53,643 nt of DNA. Source: a virus. Lineage: Duplodnaviria > Caudoviricetes. Below are positions 1 through 9,216 of the stretch, piece after piece. The DNA is taken from the IMG/VR virus record IMGVR_UViG_3300008267_000515, positions 1 through 53,643 of that record; one strand, written 5' to 3'. The translations under genes were made by a program, and so were the position numbers. A model generated the notes under the pieces. The model saw nothing but the letters and a program-made list of their open reading frames with translations. It searched no databases and was not told the DNA's origin. Position 1 is the first letter of the stretch. Each line of letters starts with the position of its first letter.

Positions 1-1
1 T

Positions 2-103
2 GCCCATCGACGCTGCATAGTCATGAGGCACGGGGACAGAGAGTACGTGCAGATCGGCCACAGGTATCTGGTCAGGAAAACAACCGAGGAGAATGTGAAA
101 TGA
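2..103 (+). CDS. 3' end of hypothetical protein (partial)
   Basis: Open frame from the window edge (…RKTTEENVK*); its TGA overlaps the next ATG (ATGA). Confidence 0.5.
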   Translation, partial: AHRRCIVMRHGDREYVQIGHRYLVRKTTEENVK

Positions 104-315
104 AAAGAACAAACAGGATATTCGTTGCTTACAACTCAATGATGTTTTTGGGGACTGAGTACCGCCATGCGTTATGTGCCTTAAAAATGGCTAACTGGGG
201 GTACGCCCCCAAGTCCTGCACGATGTCGTACTACAACGTGTGCAAGGCCCGCTACCTGAACGCCATGCTAGAACTAAGAATTGCCTATACCTACCAAAAG
301 GAGAGTGCGAAATGA
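100..315 (+). CDS. hypothetical early protein
   Basis: GAGGAG RBS upstream; ATGA-coupled on both sides. Confidence 0.6.
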   Translation: MKRTNRIFVAYNSMMFLGTEYRHALCALKMANWGYAPKSCTMSYYNVCKARYLNAMLELRIAYTYQKESAK

Positions 316-557
316 CAGCAGAAGAACTCCAAAAGAAGGCTCGCATATGGGAGCGCCAGATAGAAGACATGGTGATTGAAATGGCCCGTGTGACGACTGT
401 CGATGGGCTGCTTGTGTACTTTACGCCCGAGAAGATATTCGGTGCGTTTCAGGAATCTTTAGACGCGCTCATACACAACCACGCTACCGGGTCCGCTTTC
501 GTAACGGGGCACGTTGACGAGGAAGGCGAGAGCGCAGCGCAGGAGGATGTGAAATGA
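312..557 (+). CDS. hypothetical protein
   Basis: Start at ATG 312 (MTAEEL) after AAGGAG, overlapping the previous stop; preferred to the GTG at 240. Confidence 0.65.
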   Translation: MTAEELQKKARIWERQIEDMVIEMARVTTVDGLLVYFTPEKIFGAFQESLDALIHNHATGSAFVTGHVDEEGESAAQEDVK

Positions 558-817
558 CCGAACGCGAGTACATCGACTTATATTACCGCGACTTGGAATT
601 GAACCTTGTTGCGTTCAAGCGGGTGCTGGACTGCGAGCCGCATATACGAGCACTTGCTCAAATTGCTTACGACATAGGGTTCTCCGCCGCCAAAATAGGA
701 GAAGACAGAACGCTCCTTGATGACTGGGAGAAAATGCCCGAACGCTACATTCAAGCAGCCGACTCGCACGCGCTCAGGAGCAAACCGATGTACAAGTATA
801 AGGATGAGCCAAAATGA
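554..817 (+). CDS. hypothetical protein
   Basis: AGGAGG RBS; ATGA coupling. Confidence 0.65.
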   Translation: MTEREYIDLYYRDLELNLVAFKRVLDCEPHIRALAQIAYDIGFSAAKIGEDRTLLDDWEKMPERYIQAADSHALRSKPMYKYKDEPK

Positions 818-1059
818 CTACAGCACTAATACTGTTCGTAGGCTTAACCCTTACTATGCTCACCGGCCTTGCACTAGCGGGTGCGGCGATACGGGAGGAC
901 CGGCGCCGCTTTAAAGACGAGCTGCCTGACATACAGACCGAGTTGGCGCTCAACGCCAAGATACGGGAACTGCAAGGGGTCACTCGGGTGGGCGACGAGC
1001 TGACGGAGCGATACAAGACTGTCGAGCACGTTGGGCGAGTGCGGGAGAGCGGGAAATGA
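814..1059 (+). CDS. hypothetical protein with N-terminal TM helix
   Basis: Hydrophobic N-terminus (ALILFVGLTLTMLTGLALAGAAI); ATGA coupling. Confidence 0.6.
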   Translation: MTTALILFVGLTLTMLTGLALAGAAIREDRRRFKDELPDIQTELALNAKIRELQGVTRVGDELTERYKTVEHVGRVRESGK

Positions 1060-1238
1060 GCGAAGAATCGTTTGAAGACGCCCATTCCAAATGGGTATGC
1101 GCTGAGTTTAAAAAAGAACGACAAGCATACTTAAAACAGGCCGAGCTTTTGCTTATCACTGACCTGATAAAACAATCTCAGGCCGCGCAGTGCCTGCAAA
1201 CTGTTGAGCCGGGAATCATCATTCACGAAAAGGCATAA
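1056..1238 (+). CDS. hypothetical protein
   Basis: ATGA-coupled 60-aa ORF filling the operon. Confidence 0.55.
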   Translation: MSEESFEDAHSKWVCAEFKKERQAYLKQAELLLITDLIKQSQAAQCLQTVEPGIIIHEKA

Positions 1239-1247
1239 GGAGACAAC

Positions 1248-1670
1248 ATGAAATTCAAAAAGCTGACTACTACTGCTATCACGCCAACGAGAGGCTCTCC
1301 CAACTCAGCAGGCTTAGACCTCTACGCTGACGCTGACGTTTTGGTTTCATCCGGCGCATCAGTCATGCTCGGAACGGGTATCGCAATTGAGATACCGATG
1401 AACCACGTAGGGCTGGTGGCTATACGCTCAAGCGTAGGCAAAGCAGGTGTTGCACTAGCTAACTCAGTCGGTGTCATCGACAGTGACTACCGGGGCGAGA
1501 TCAAGCTGTGCCTGACGTACACGGCAGGAAGTGGAGGGCACTACATCCGCAAAGGGCAGGCTATCGCGCAGTTGATCGTTACGCCGTACCACCATGTCGA
1601 ACTGGTTGAGGTTGACGCACTGAGCACGACTGATCGTGGTGCTGGTGGCTTTGGGAGTACAGGAAAATGA
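1248..1670 (+). CDS. dut: trimeric dUTP diphosphatase (dUTPase)
   Basis: Motifs AGLDL, RSS, GVIDSDYRGEI, AQL and RGAGGFGSTG; AAGGAG RBS. Confidence 0.96.
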   Translation: MKFKKLTTTAITPTRGSPNSAGLDLYADADVLVSSGASVMLGTGIAIEIPMNHVGLVAIRSSVGKAGVALANSVGVIDSDYRGEIKLCLTYTAGSGGHYIRKGQAIAQLIVTPYHHVELVEVDALSTTDRGAGGFGSTGK

Positions 1671-1840
1671 AAGACATACCGGTAATTGAATGTCAGCACG
1701 AAGGGTCTCAGTTTACTTTTAAGTGCGAGCACTGCGGGGAAAAACATTATCATGGGGCGGCAGCGGAAGGGCATAGAGTTTCTCACTGCTTCGCGTATCC
1801 AAATGGTTATATTCTGAAAAAAGCGGAGCCAAAGCAATGA
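1667..1840 (+). CDS. small Cys/His-rich (putative Zn-binding) protein, 57 aa
   Basis: Not in the ORF track; manual translation MKDIPVIEC…KCEHCGEKHYHG…HRVSHCFAYPNGY…; ATGA-coupled on both ends. Confidence 0.65.
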   Translation: MKDIPVIECQHEGSQFTFKCEHCGEKHYHGAAAEGHRVSHCFAYPNGYILKKAEPKQ

Positions 1841-2049
1841 GCGACGGCTACTACTGGGTAAACGTGTATTGGAGATGCACGTACTGGCAGTTGGGGTACA
1901 TCTATGTAGACGGCTTGCCGTCTATCGGGTTTGCCTGCGTGGACGAGGATCAGGACGAACCCCCGGCAGGGGCGAACATCATTGGGGACCTCACAGACAA
2001 AGCACTCAACGAACTGAAGGTTGAGTTCTATCGAGCAATGAAAGAGTAA
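1837..2049 (+). CDS. hypothetical protein
   Basis: GGAG RBS; ATGA coupling. Confidence 0.55.
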   Translation: MSDGYYWVNVYWRCTYWQLGYIYVDGLPSIGFACVDEDQDEPPAGANIIGDLTDKALNELKVEFYRAMKE

Positions 2050-2663
2050 CGAGCACTGGACAATGAAAGACTACGCGCTACAAATTAAAATAAAAAACAA
2101 CTACTTGCTGACCATGATGCGGCAGCACGGACTAGAAACTGCTGCGGAACTATCAAGAGCCTGCGGGGTAACTCAAGCCCGCATTGGAAGAATTTTGAAT
2201 TTGAAAATACCGGCGTACACCTTGAGCGGAGAAATGGTTTCAGCCGTAAGGAAACTGTGCGATTTTTTCCAGTGCACCCCGGACGACATTTTCCCAGAGC
2301 AGCACCTGCAAGAGAGCTTGCCGGTAAACAAGGTGTTTATGGAGGCTAACGCAGAAGACCTCGTCCCTATGTACGCCAGACTTGGAAGCCAAGACCCGCT
2401 TGATCTGCTTCTTGAGGAAGAGCAGGAAGAACTTGAGCATGACGCTCTTGCTTACGCCGCCTCAACCATTACCCCGATACAGCGAGCAGTGCTAGAGTTT
2501 CGCTACGGTGTGGGGCCGGACCCCAGTGAAGGTTTTACGCAAACGCAAACCGCAGAAATAATGGGGCTAAGCAAAACACGGATAGGGCAGATAGAAGGCA
2601 AAGCCCTTACGAGACTGCGCAACCCGGGGCGGGGTTTACAGAAACTACGAGAGTAACGAGCAC
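2043..2663. repeat. 14-bp direct repeat AGAGTAACGAGCAC at 2043-2056 and 2650-2663, flanking one gene
   Basis: Exact match; each copy spans a TAA stop codon. Confidence 0.75.
2063..2656 (+). CDS. XRE/Cro-type HTH fused to a sigma70 region-4-like domain (transcription regulator)
   Basis: N-terminal AAELSRACGVTQARIGRI HTH; C-terminal RAVLEFRYG…TAEIMGLSKTRIGQIEGKALTRLR resembles sigma70 region 4.2 (RERIRQIEAKALRKLR). Confidence 0.75.
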   Translation: MKDYALQIKIKNNYLLTMMRQHGLETAAELSRACGVTQARIGRILNLKIPAYTLSGEMVSAVRKLCDFFQCTPDDIFPEQHLQESLPVNKVFMEANAEDLVPMYARLGSQDPLDLLLEEEQEELEHDALAYAASTITPIQRAVLEFRYGVGPDPSEGFTQTQTAEIMGLSKTRIGQIEGKALTRLRNPGRGLQKLRE

Positions 2664-2667
2664 GAAC

Positions 2668-2720
2668 CCCCCGGCCCACCACTAACAAGCGTAGTGGGTG
2701 CGCAGTCACGGGGCCGGGGG
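2668..2720 (+). other. intergenic GC-rich stem-loop (possible structured RNA element)
   Basis: CCCCCGGCCC (2668-77) pairs with GGGCCGGGGG (2711-20), enclosing a CCACTA…TAGTGG hairpin. Confidence 0.5.
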
Positions 2721-2746
2721 CCTAATAACTAATAAGGAGAAATCAA

Positions 2747-3055
2747 ATGAACGAAAACACAGCGCCCGTGATGTCCGCCGCGAAAAAGAAGTGGTGGCAG
2801 TGGCACCAAGATAACCCACAGGTCTACGAAATGTTTAAGAAGTTTACGTTTCAAGCAGTGGGTCGTAGGCACAAGCGGTTGAGCGCTTGGTTGATCGTGA
2901 ACCGAATCCGGTGGGAAACGAGCATCGAGACTACAGGCGTAGACTTTAAAATATCGAATAATTTTATTGCGTACTACGCTCGGCTTTTTATGCTGGACCA
3001 CCCGCAGTACAAGGACTTTTTTGCTACTAAGAAAATGAAGGACGACGAAGAGTGA
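2747..3055 (+). CDS. hypothetical phage protein
   Basis: Strong AAGGAG RBS; aromatic-rich motifs (RIRWE, FKISNNFIAYYAR). Confidence 0.75.
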   Translation: MNENTAPVMSAAKKKWWQWHQDNPQVYEMFKKFTFQAVGRRHKRLSAWLIVNRIRWETSIETTGVDFKISNNFIAYYARLFMLDHPQYKDFFATKKMKDDEE

Positions 3056-4968
3056 AACTAATAGTAGGAGACTTTGAAACGTACTGGTCGCAGACACACT
3101 CGCTGTCTAAGATGAGTCCCATAGACTACGTGATGCACCCGGATACAGAAGTCATATCCCTGTCCCTAAAGATAGACGACGAGCCGACACGGGTGTGGTT
3201 TGGCGAAGCGGCCATACGCAAACGCTTACAAGCACAAGACTGGTCGGACGCGATGCTCGTCGCGCATAACATGTCAGCGTTTGATGCGATGCTTTTTGCG
3301 TGGCGATTTAATGTACAGCCCAAGGTGTGGGGGTGCACGCTGGCAATGGCCCGACCCATCCACAGCAAGACTACAGGCAACTCGTTAGCCAAGCTGGTCG
3401 AGCACTACGGTCTTGGGGTCAAAGACAACACTGCCCTGCTAAACACCAAGGGGCGGCACCTGAAGGACTTCACCGCCGAAGAAGTTAACGCCATGCGTGA
3501 CTACAACCGTGACGACACCGACCAATGCCACGCGCTCTTCAAGGTCCTGCTCAAGCACTACAACTCCGCCGAGCTGTGGCAGATAGACAGCACGATACGG
3601 ATGCTGGTCGAGCCCAAGTTCATGTTGAGCCGACAGGTGCTGAACAAGGCACTCAGCGATGTCAGGATTCAGAAGCAGCAGGCGTTGGCGCAGATGGCAA
3701 GCGTGCTCTACGAGATGGAGGTAGATGACAACCCAGCGATAGAAGAAGTTGTTCGCAGTAAGTTGGCGTCCACCGCGCACTTCAGTAAGCTGCTGCGGGC
3801 CAGAGGCGTCCGGGTACCCATGAAGCAGAGCCCCTCAAACCCAGAGAAAAGGATACCGGCGCTGTCCAAAACAGACGAAGCGTTCCTTGCACTGCAGGAG
3901 CACGAAGACCCGGTGGTTGCACTGGCAGCGAGCACGCGACTGGACGTTAAGTCTACTATCCTGCAGACCCGGCTGGAGTCGTTCCTTGCAACAGGTAAGG
4001 CGCTGCGCGGACGACTGCCGATCCCACTCCACTACTGCGGGGCCGACACAACAGGCCGGTGGTCGGGCTTCATGTATAACCCGCAGAACCTGAACCGAAT
4101 AGACCCGAGCAAGCCGAAGCTGTCCGACGCACTGCGTAAATCGATGGCGGCTCCGCCCGGACACAAGGTTGTGGTAGCGGACTTGTCCGGTATCGAGCTG
4201 CGTGTAAACCACTTCTTGTGGAAGGTCTTAACTTCAATGGCGCTGTACAAGGCTTCGCCGGACAAGGCCGACCTGTACAAAGGATTTGCCGCAAAGCTGT
4301 ATAACATCCCCGAGGCTGACGTGTCGAAGGCACAGAGGCAGGTGGGCAAGGTTGCGCACTTGGGGCTGGGGTTTGGCGCCGGTGCACCCACCTTCCAGAA
4401 GGTAGCCAAGCTGATGGGCGGGGTCGACCTTGATTTGCCGGAGTCTGAGAAGATTACGTACCGCTGGCGCGACGAGTACGCTGAGATTGTTCAGGGGTGG
4501 AAGACCTGCCACGGGATGCTGGCGGGAATAGCTGCCGGTGACAGATACGAGGTTGACCCTTGGGGGTTGGTGACTACGACGCAGAACGCGCTGGTGCTGC
4601 CCAGCGGGCGTCACATACGCTACCCCGCACTGCATATAGAAGAGGGGGCGAAGGGCCGAGACGAGTGGTGGTACGGCACCGGGCGCAACCGGGCGCGGAT
4701 ATACGCCGGGAAGATTGACGAGAACATCGTGCAAGCACTTGCCAGAGACATCATCGCTGAGAATGCGTTCGCGGTGTACAAAGAGTTGAACGGGCTACGT
4801 CCGAGTCTGGCAGTGCACGACGAGCTGGTGTACGTGGTGCCTGAAGATACGGCTGAGCACGTACTGGACACAGTGCAGCGCATCATGCGAACACCTCCAG
4901 TCTGGTGGCCGCAGCTGATAACATGGTCGGAAGGCGACATCGCGGATACCTATGGAGATGCTAAGTGA
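3052..4968 (+). CDS. polA: family A DNA polymerase with 3'-5' exonuclease domain
   Basis: Exo motifs DFETY, HNMSAFD and YNRDD; TTGRWS; motif A DLSGIELR; motif B RQVGKVAHLGLGFG; motif C VHDELV. Confidence 0.93.
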   Translation: MKLIVGDFETYWSQTHSLSKMSPIDYVMHPDTEVISLSLKIDDEPTRVWFGEAAIRKRLQAQDWSDAMLVAHNMSAFDAMLFAWRFNVQPKVWGCTLAMARPIHSKTTGNSLAKLVEHYGLGVKDNTALLNTKGRHLKDFTAEEVNAMRDYNRDDTDQCHALFKVLLKHYNSAELWQIDSTIRMLVEPKFMLSRQVLNKALSDVRIQKQQALAQMASVLYEMEVDDNPAIEEVVRSKLASTAHFSKLLRARGVRVPMKQSPSNPEKRIPALSKTDEAFLALQEHEDPVVALAASTRLDVKSTILQTRLESFLATGKALRGRLPIPLHYCGADTTGRWSGFMYNPQNLNRIDPSKPKLSDALRKSMAAPPGHKVVVADLSGIELRVNHFLWKVLTSMALYKASPDKADLYKGFAAKLYNIPEADVSKAQRQVGKVAHLGLGFGAGAPTFQKVAKLMGGVDLDLPESEKITYRWRDEYAEIVQGWKTCHGMLAGIAAGDRYEVDPWGLVTTTQNALVLPSGRHIRYPALHIEEGAKGRDEWWYGTGRNRARIYAGKIDENIVQALARDIIAENAFAVYKELNGLRPSLAVHDELVYVVPEDTAEHVLDTVQRIMRTPPVWWPQLITWSEGDIADTYGDAK

Positions 4969-5633
4969 AGAACCCAACGTGGTCGTTCAGTGCCATTAAG
5001 TTGTTTGAGCAGTGCCCGAGGAAGTACTACCACCTCAAGATCAAGAAGGACGTTAAGGACGAGCAGCACGAAGCGGCGCTGTACGGTGAGCAGTTTCACG
5101 AGGCCGCAGAGTTTTATGTGTCCGACCAAGCGGAGCTGCCCAAGCAGTTCTGGTTTGCCAAGAAGGCGTTGGACAAGCTCAAGGCGCTGCCGGGTGAGAA
5201 GCTGTGCGAGTACAAGATGGGTCTGACTGAAGACCTTGAGGCGTGCGACATGGATGACCCCAAGGTGTGGTGGCGCGGTATAGCAGACCTCAGTATCATC
5301 GACGGAACAAAGGCGAAGGTGCTCGACTACAAAGCGGGCAAGAGTGCCAAGTACGCAGACACTGACCAGTTAGAGCTGATGGCGTTGGCGACGTTCAAGC
5401 ACTTCCCAGACGTCGAAGAAGTCGATGCGGCGCTGTTCTTTGTGATAGCAAAAGCGTTCATCCGCAAGAAGTACCAGCGCAGTGATGCACCGGGGCTGTG
5501 GGCGAAATGGTTGAAGCGGTACGGACGGATATTAACGGCGATAGAATCCGGGGTGTGGAACCCCAAAACATCAGGGCTGTGTAAAAAGTACTGCGTAGTA
5601 CTGAGCTGCCCTCATAACGGGAGGAACATGTGA
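4965..5633 (+). CDS. PD-(D/E)XK Cas4/RecB-like exonuclease
   Basis: WSFSAIKLFEQCPRKY; GIAD…DYK; QLELMA; C-terminal LCKKYC…CP Cys cluster. Confidence 0.85.
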   Translation: MKNPTWSFSAIKLFEQCPRKYYHLKIKKDVKDEQHEAALYGEQFHEAAEFYVSDQAELPKQFWFAKKALDKLKALPGEKLCEYKMGLTEDLEACDMDDPKVWWRGIADLSIIDGTKAKVLDYKAGKSAKYADTDQLELMALATFKHFPDVEEVDAALFFVIAKAFIRKKYQRSDAPGLWAKWLKRYGRILTAIESGVWNPKTSGLCKKYCVVLSCPHNGRNM

Positions 5634-5911
5634 TGCCCAGTTCAAAAAACTATGTGCGTGACTACAAGCAAGAAGCCAAGACCGCCAAAGCCCGAGGAGA
5701 ACACGGGAACCGAATGGAGCGCCAGCGTGCACGGCGCGCAGTCGACAAGACCGGTGCGGACAAGAACAACAACGGCACGGCGGACAAGCGTGAGGGTAAA
5801 GATGTGTCTCACAACAAGATGCTCAAGGACGGCGGCAGTAACGCTGATGGATACACAATAGAGTCCGCAAGCGCTAACCGCAGCCGCAACGGCCAACACC
5901 CGAAGAAGTAA
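5630..5911 (+). CDS. small HNH-fold nuclease-like protein
   Basis: DVSHNKMLKDGGSN…SANRSRN beta-beta-alpha-Me pattern. Confidence 0.65.
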   Translation: MMPSSKNYVRDYKQEAKTAKARGEHGNRMERQRARRAVDKTGADKNNNGTADKREGKDVSHNKMLKDGGSNADGYTIESASANRSRNGQHPKK

Positions 5912-5919
5912 GGGCAACA

Positions 5920-7458
5920 ATGCAGATTTACGACAACAAAGCAGTGCTGCTGCGGGTACGCAATCCGCAGCAGATATTAAACACGATACCTAAAAGCAAA
6001 CAGATGTCAGACGGGAGGGTTGCAATAAACTGGGGATTGGAAGAAATGCAGGTGCTTAAAAACCTCGGCATTAAGCAAGTCCCTTCGCCCATAAATAAGT
6101 CATACGGCTGGCCGGGGCTGTACACCCCGTTCGCACACCAGCGCACCACGGCGGAGTTTTTGACACTGAACCGCAGGGCGTTCTGCTTTAGCCAGCAGGG
6201 TTCGGGTAAGACGGCGGCAGCGGCGTGGGCGGCAGACTACTTGATAACGGCCGGAGTTATTCAGCGCGTGTTGGTGGTGTGCCCCCTGTCCATCATGGAT
6301 GTGGCGTGGCGATCAGACTTCTTTAAAACCATCATGCACCGCAAGGTGGACATCGCCCACGGCAACGCCGCCAAGCGTAAAGCTGTGATAGAGGGCGACG
6401 CGGAGTTTGTAGTGACCAACTACGACACCGTGGTTAACTCTCTGGAAGACCTCAAGTACGGCCGATTCGACTTGATAATCTGCGATGAAGCAACGTATCT
6501 GAAGAACGTGCAGACCAAACGATGGAAGGCTCTCAAGCAGTTGGTGGGGCCAGACACATGGTTGTGGATGATGACAGGTACCCCTGCGGCGCAGTCCCCG
6601 GAAGACGCCTATGGACTAGCGAAGCTGGTGAACCCCAACGGCGTGCCCAAGTATTTCACAGGGTTCCGTGATCTGGTCATGTACAAGTTAACCCAGTTCA
6701 AGTATATACCACGGCCCGACTCTAAAAATATCGTGCATGAAGCACTGCAACCGGCGATACGGTTTACAAAGGCGGAGTGTATGGACCTGCCGGACATGGT
6801 TACCGTCAAGCGCAAGGTGGAGTTGACTCCGCAGCAGGCCAAGTACTACAGCATCATGAAGAAGCAGATGGTGATTGAGGCCGCCGGGGAACAGGTAACC
6901 GCGGTGAACGCGGCGGTGAAGCTGGGCAAGTTACTGCAGATTTCGGCAGGGGCTGTGTACAGTCAGGACGGGGAAACCATAGAGTTTGACATCAGCAGCC
7001 GCTACAACGTGCTCATGGAAGTTATTAACGAGACGGAAAACAAGGTGCTGATCTTTGCCCCTTTCCGCAGTGTCATTGGGATACTGACCGCTCGGCTGAA
7101 CAGCGATGGAATTACCGCAGAGATTATCAACGGCGGTGTTAGCGCGTCCAACCGCACGGACATCTTCCAGAGGTTTCAAACCACGGACAGTCCTCGGGTG
7201 CTGGTGATACAGCCGCAAGCTGCGGCGCACGGGGTAACCCTGACTGCAGCGGATACAGTTGTGTGGTGGGGGCCGACGTCATCGGTGGAAATATACGAGC
7301 AGGCAAACGCTCGGGTGCACCGAGCAGGGCAGAAGAATAAGTGCACCGTGGTGCAGCTACAAGGCTCGGAAGCAGAGGCTCACGTCTTTTCTATGCTGCA
7401 TACAAAAGTTAACGTGCATTCAGCAATGATAGATTTGTATAAAAAAGTACTTGCGTAG
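5920..7458 (+). CDS. SNF2-family (SF2) helicase
   Basis: QGSGKT (I), ICDEAT (II), MTGTP (III), HGVTLT (V), QANARVHRAGQ (VI). Confidence 0.92.
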   Translation: MQIYDNKAVLLRVRNPQQILNTIPKSKQMSDGRVAINWGLEEMQVLKNLGIKQVPSPINKSYGWPGLYTPFAHQRTTAEFLTLNRRAFCFSQQGSGKTAAAAWAADYLITAGVIQRVLVVCPLSIMDVAWRSDFFKTIMHRKVDIAHGNAAKRKAVIEGDAEFVVTNYDTVVNSLEDLKYGRFDLIICDEATYLKNVQTKRWKALKQLVGPDTWLWMMTGTPAAQSPEDAYGLAKLVNPNGVPKYFTGFRDLVMYKLTQFKYIPRPDSKNIVHEALQPAIRFTKAECMDLPDMVTVKRKVELTPQQAKYYSIMKKQMVIEAAGEQVTAVNAAVKLGKLLQISAGAVYSQDGETIEFDISSRYNVLMEVINETENKVLIFAPFRSVIGILTARLNSDGITAEIINGGVSASNRTDIFQRFQTTDSPRVLVIQPQAAAHGVTLTAADTVVWWGPTSSVEIYEQANARVHRAGQKNKCTVVQLQGSEAEAHVFSMLHTKVNVHSAMIDLYKKVLA

Positions 7459-7479
7459 TATAAATAAGGATAGTAAAGT
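7451..7479 (+). promoter_or_regulatory. putative sigma70 promoter TTGCGT-17-TAAAGT
   Basis: Canonical spacing in an AT-rich gap upstream of the 7508 gene. Confidence 0.45.
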
Positions 7480-7507
7480 TCGCTAAACACCCAGCCCCGA
7501 GGACGAT

Positions 7508-7924
7508 ATGGCTACCGAGAAAGCAGTTGAGACGGAGGACCCCAAGCTTACAAAGCTGGTGCGGGTCTACCTTAAGATGAAAGAAACGAAGGAGGCAATA
7601 GCGAAAGAGTACGACGAGAAGGCAAAAGATATTAAAGATAAGATGGCGCTGGTAAAGGGGGCGCTACTTGATTACTGCAGGGAGCACGGGGTGGAGGGAG
7701 CCCGCACGAAGTCGGGGCTGTTCTACCGCACCACGACGACCAACTACTGGACAAACGATTGGGCGTCGATGCACGAGTTTGTACTGGAGCACAAAGTGCC
7801 CGACCTGCTTGAAAAGCGACTGCATCAAGGGAACGTGAAGCAGTTTTTGGAAGATAACCCCGACGTTCTGCCCCCGGGCATGAACACGGAAATGAAGTAC
7901 CAGATCAGTATTCGGAGAAAGTAA
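7508..7924 (+). CDS. conserved replication-region phage protein
   Basis: GAGGA RBS; N-terminal coiled coil; DW…F…LLEKR…PPG pattern; position next to helicase and SSB. Confidence 0.75.
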   Translation: MATEKAVETEDPKLTKLVRVYLKMKETKEAIAKEYDEKAKDIKDKMALVKGALLDYCREHGVEGARTKSGLFYRTTTTNYWTNDWASMHEFVLEHKVPDLLEKRLHQGNVKQFLEDNPDVLPPGMNTEMKYQISIRRK

Positions 7925-8148
7925 TGAGTGGCGACAACCTTATCAAAATAGGTGAGCTGGCTGAGCGTCTGCAGGTATCTACCATCACGGTTAGAAATTG
8001 GATGGAGGACGGGAGAATACCTAAAAGCTCGTATATCGCCGTTGCTGGCGACACCAGAACAACATACAGGTTTGATTACGATAAGGTGCGAGACCATCTT
8101 AGCGCCGATAACGCCGAAGGGCGAAAGCAACTTGAACTAGATTTATAA
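7924..8148 (+). CDS. MerR/excisionase-like HTH DNA-binding protein
   Basis: IKIGELAERLQVSTITVRNWMEDGRIP…YRF. Confidence 0.8.
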   Translation: MSGDNLIKIGELAERLQVSTITVRNWMEDGRIPKSSYIAVAGDTRTTYRFDYDKVRDHLSADNAEGRKQLELDL

Positions 8149-8174
8149 CACCAAACTAAAATACAGAGGTTAGC

Positions 8175-9140
8175 ATGAGCAACATGACTTTGTTTGAAGG
8201 CAAGAAGTTTAAACTACCAGCAATGCCCGCTGGTTTTGAAGACAGCATAACCAAGACCCTTGCGGGCGGTGGCGGTGCTTCTTCTGGCGGACGCCGTATA
8301 TCCATCAAGGGCAAGGCGTTTCGGCAGGTAGTCAACGGCGAAGAGATTCACGTTAGCGAAGACCGCGTACTGGATGTCATTCTAGTTAACGCCGCACCAG
8401 TGTCACGCCAGTACTACCAAGGTGCATACGACCCTAAAGCACAAGCGGTTCCGCCTACTTGCTGGTCATCAAATACCCAAGCACCAGACCCATCAGTGCC
8501 AGAAGACCAACGCCAGAGCGACAAGTGCGGTACGTGCCCCAACAACATCAAGGGATCAGGCCAAGGCGATTCTCGTGCGTGCCGCTACTCCCAGCGCGTT
8601 GCTGTGATGCTTGATGGCGACATTGAAAAGAGAGAGGTGTATCAACTGCAACTGCCCGCCACCAGCGTATTTGGTGACGGCAAGGACGGCAAGCTGGGCC
8701 TGCAAGCGTATGGCAAGTTCTTAGCAGCCAACAACGTGCACGCAATCTCCGTAGTGACCCGCATGAAGTTTGACGTAGCCAGTGAACAGCCCAAGCTGTC
8801 CTTCAGCGCAGTGCGCCCACTGGATCAGGAAGAGCTGGAGACCGCTCTTGAAATGCGCGACTCTCAGGAATCCAAGGACGCCGTCACACTGACAGTGGGT
8901 GCATTTGATGGCGCTAAAAAGCAGCAAGCACCGGCTGCACCCGCTGCGCAAAAGAAGAAAGCTGCACCTGTCGTAGAAGAAGATGACGAAGAGCCTGCCC
9001 CTGCGCCCAAGAAGAAAGCGGCGCCGGTCGTAGAAGAAGATGACGACGAAGAGCCCGCTGTGCGATCCAGCAAGAAAGCGGCCACTAAAGAAACCCCTGC
9101 GCCAGCACTTGACGACCTGATAGACGAGTGGGATGACTAA
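8175..9140 (+). CDS. putative ssDNA-binding/annealing protein
   Basis: RISIKG…F, CxxC, acidic and Pro/Ala/Lys-rich tail ending DDLIDEWDD; duplicated KKKAAPVVEEDD; lies before the primase. Confidence 0.65.
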   Translation: MSNMTLFEGKKFKLPAMPAGFEDSITKTLAGGGGASSGGRRISIKGKAFRQVVNGEEIHVSEDRVLDVILVNAAPVSRQYYQGAYDPKAQAVPPTCWSSNTQAPDPSVPEDQRQSDKCGTCPNNIKGSGQGDSRACRYSQRVAVMLDGDIEKREVYQLQLPATSVFGDGKDGKLGLQAYGKFLAANNVHAISVVTRMKFDVASEQPKLSFSAVRPLDQEELETALEMRDSQESKDAVTLTVGAFDGAKKQQAPAAPAAQKKKAAPVVEEDDEEPAPAPKKKAAPVVEEDDDEEPAVRSSKKAATKETPAPALDDLIDEWDD

Positions 9141-9168
9141 GCTTAGGAGTTAGCAAGTACTTTATGGC

Positions 9169-9188
9169 GGGGGCGCTGCGGCGCCCCC
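9169..9188 (+). other. GC hairpin between SSB and primase genes (weak terminator or processing site)
   Basis: GGGGGCGC-TGCG-GCGCCCCC; only a weak T-tail. Confidence 0.4.
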
Positions 9189-9216
9189 TGTCGTCTCTAG
9201 CGATAAAGGTTAGCGT

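Noticed and set aside
7924-8148. Excisionase implying an integration module
   Set aside because: No integrase or att-like site is recognisable in the window; a generic HTH call is safer.
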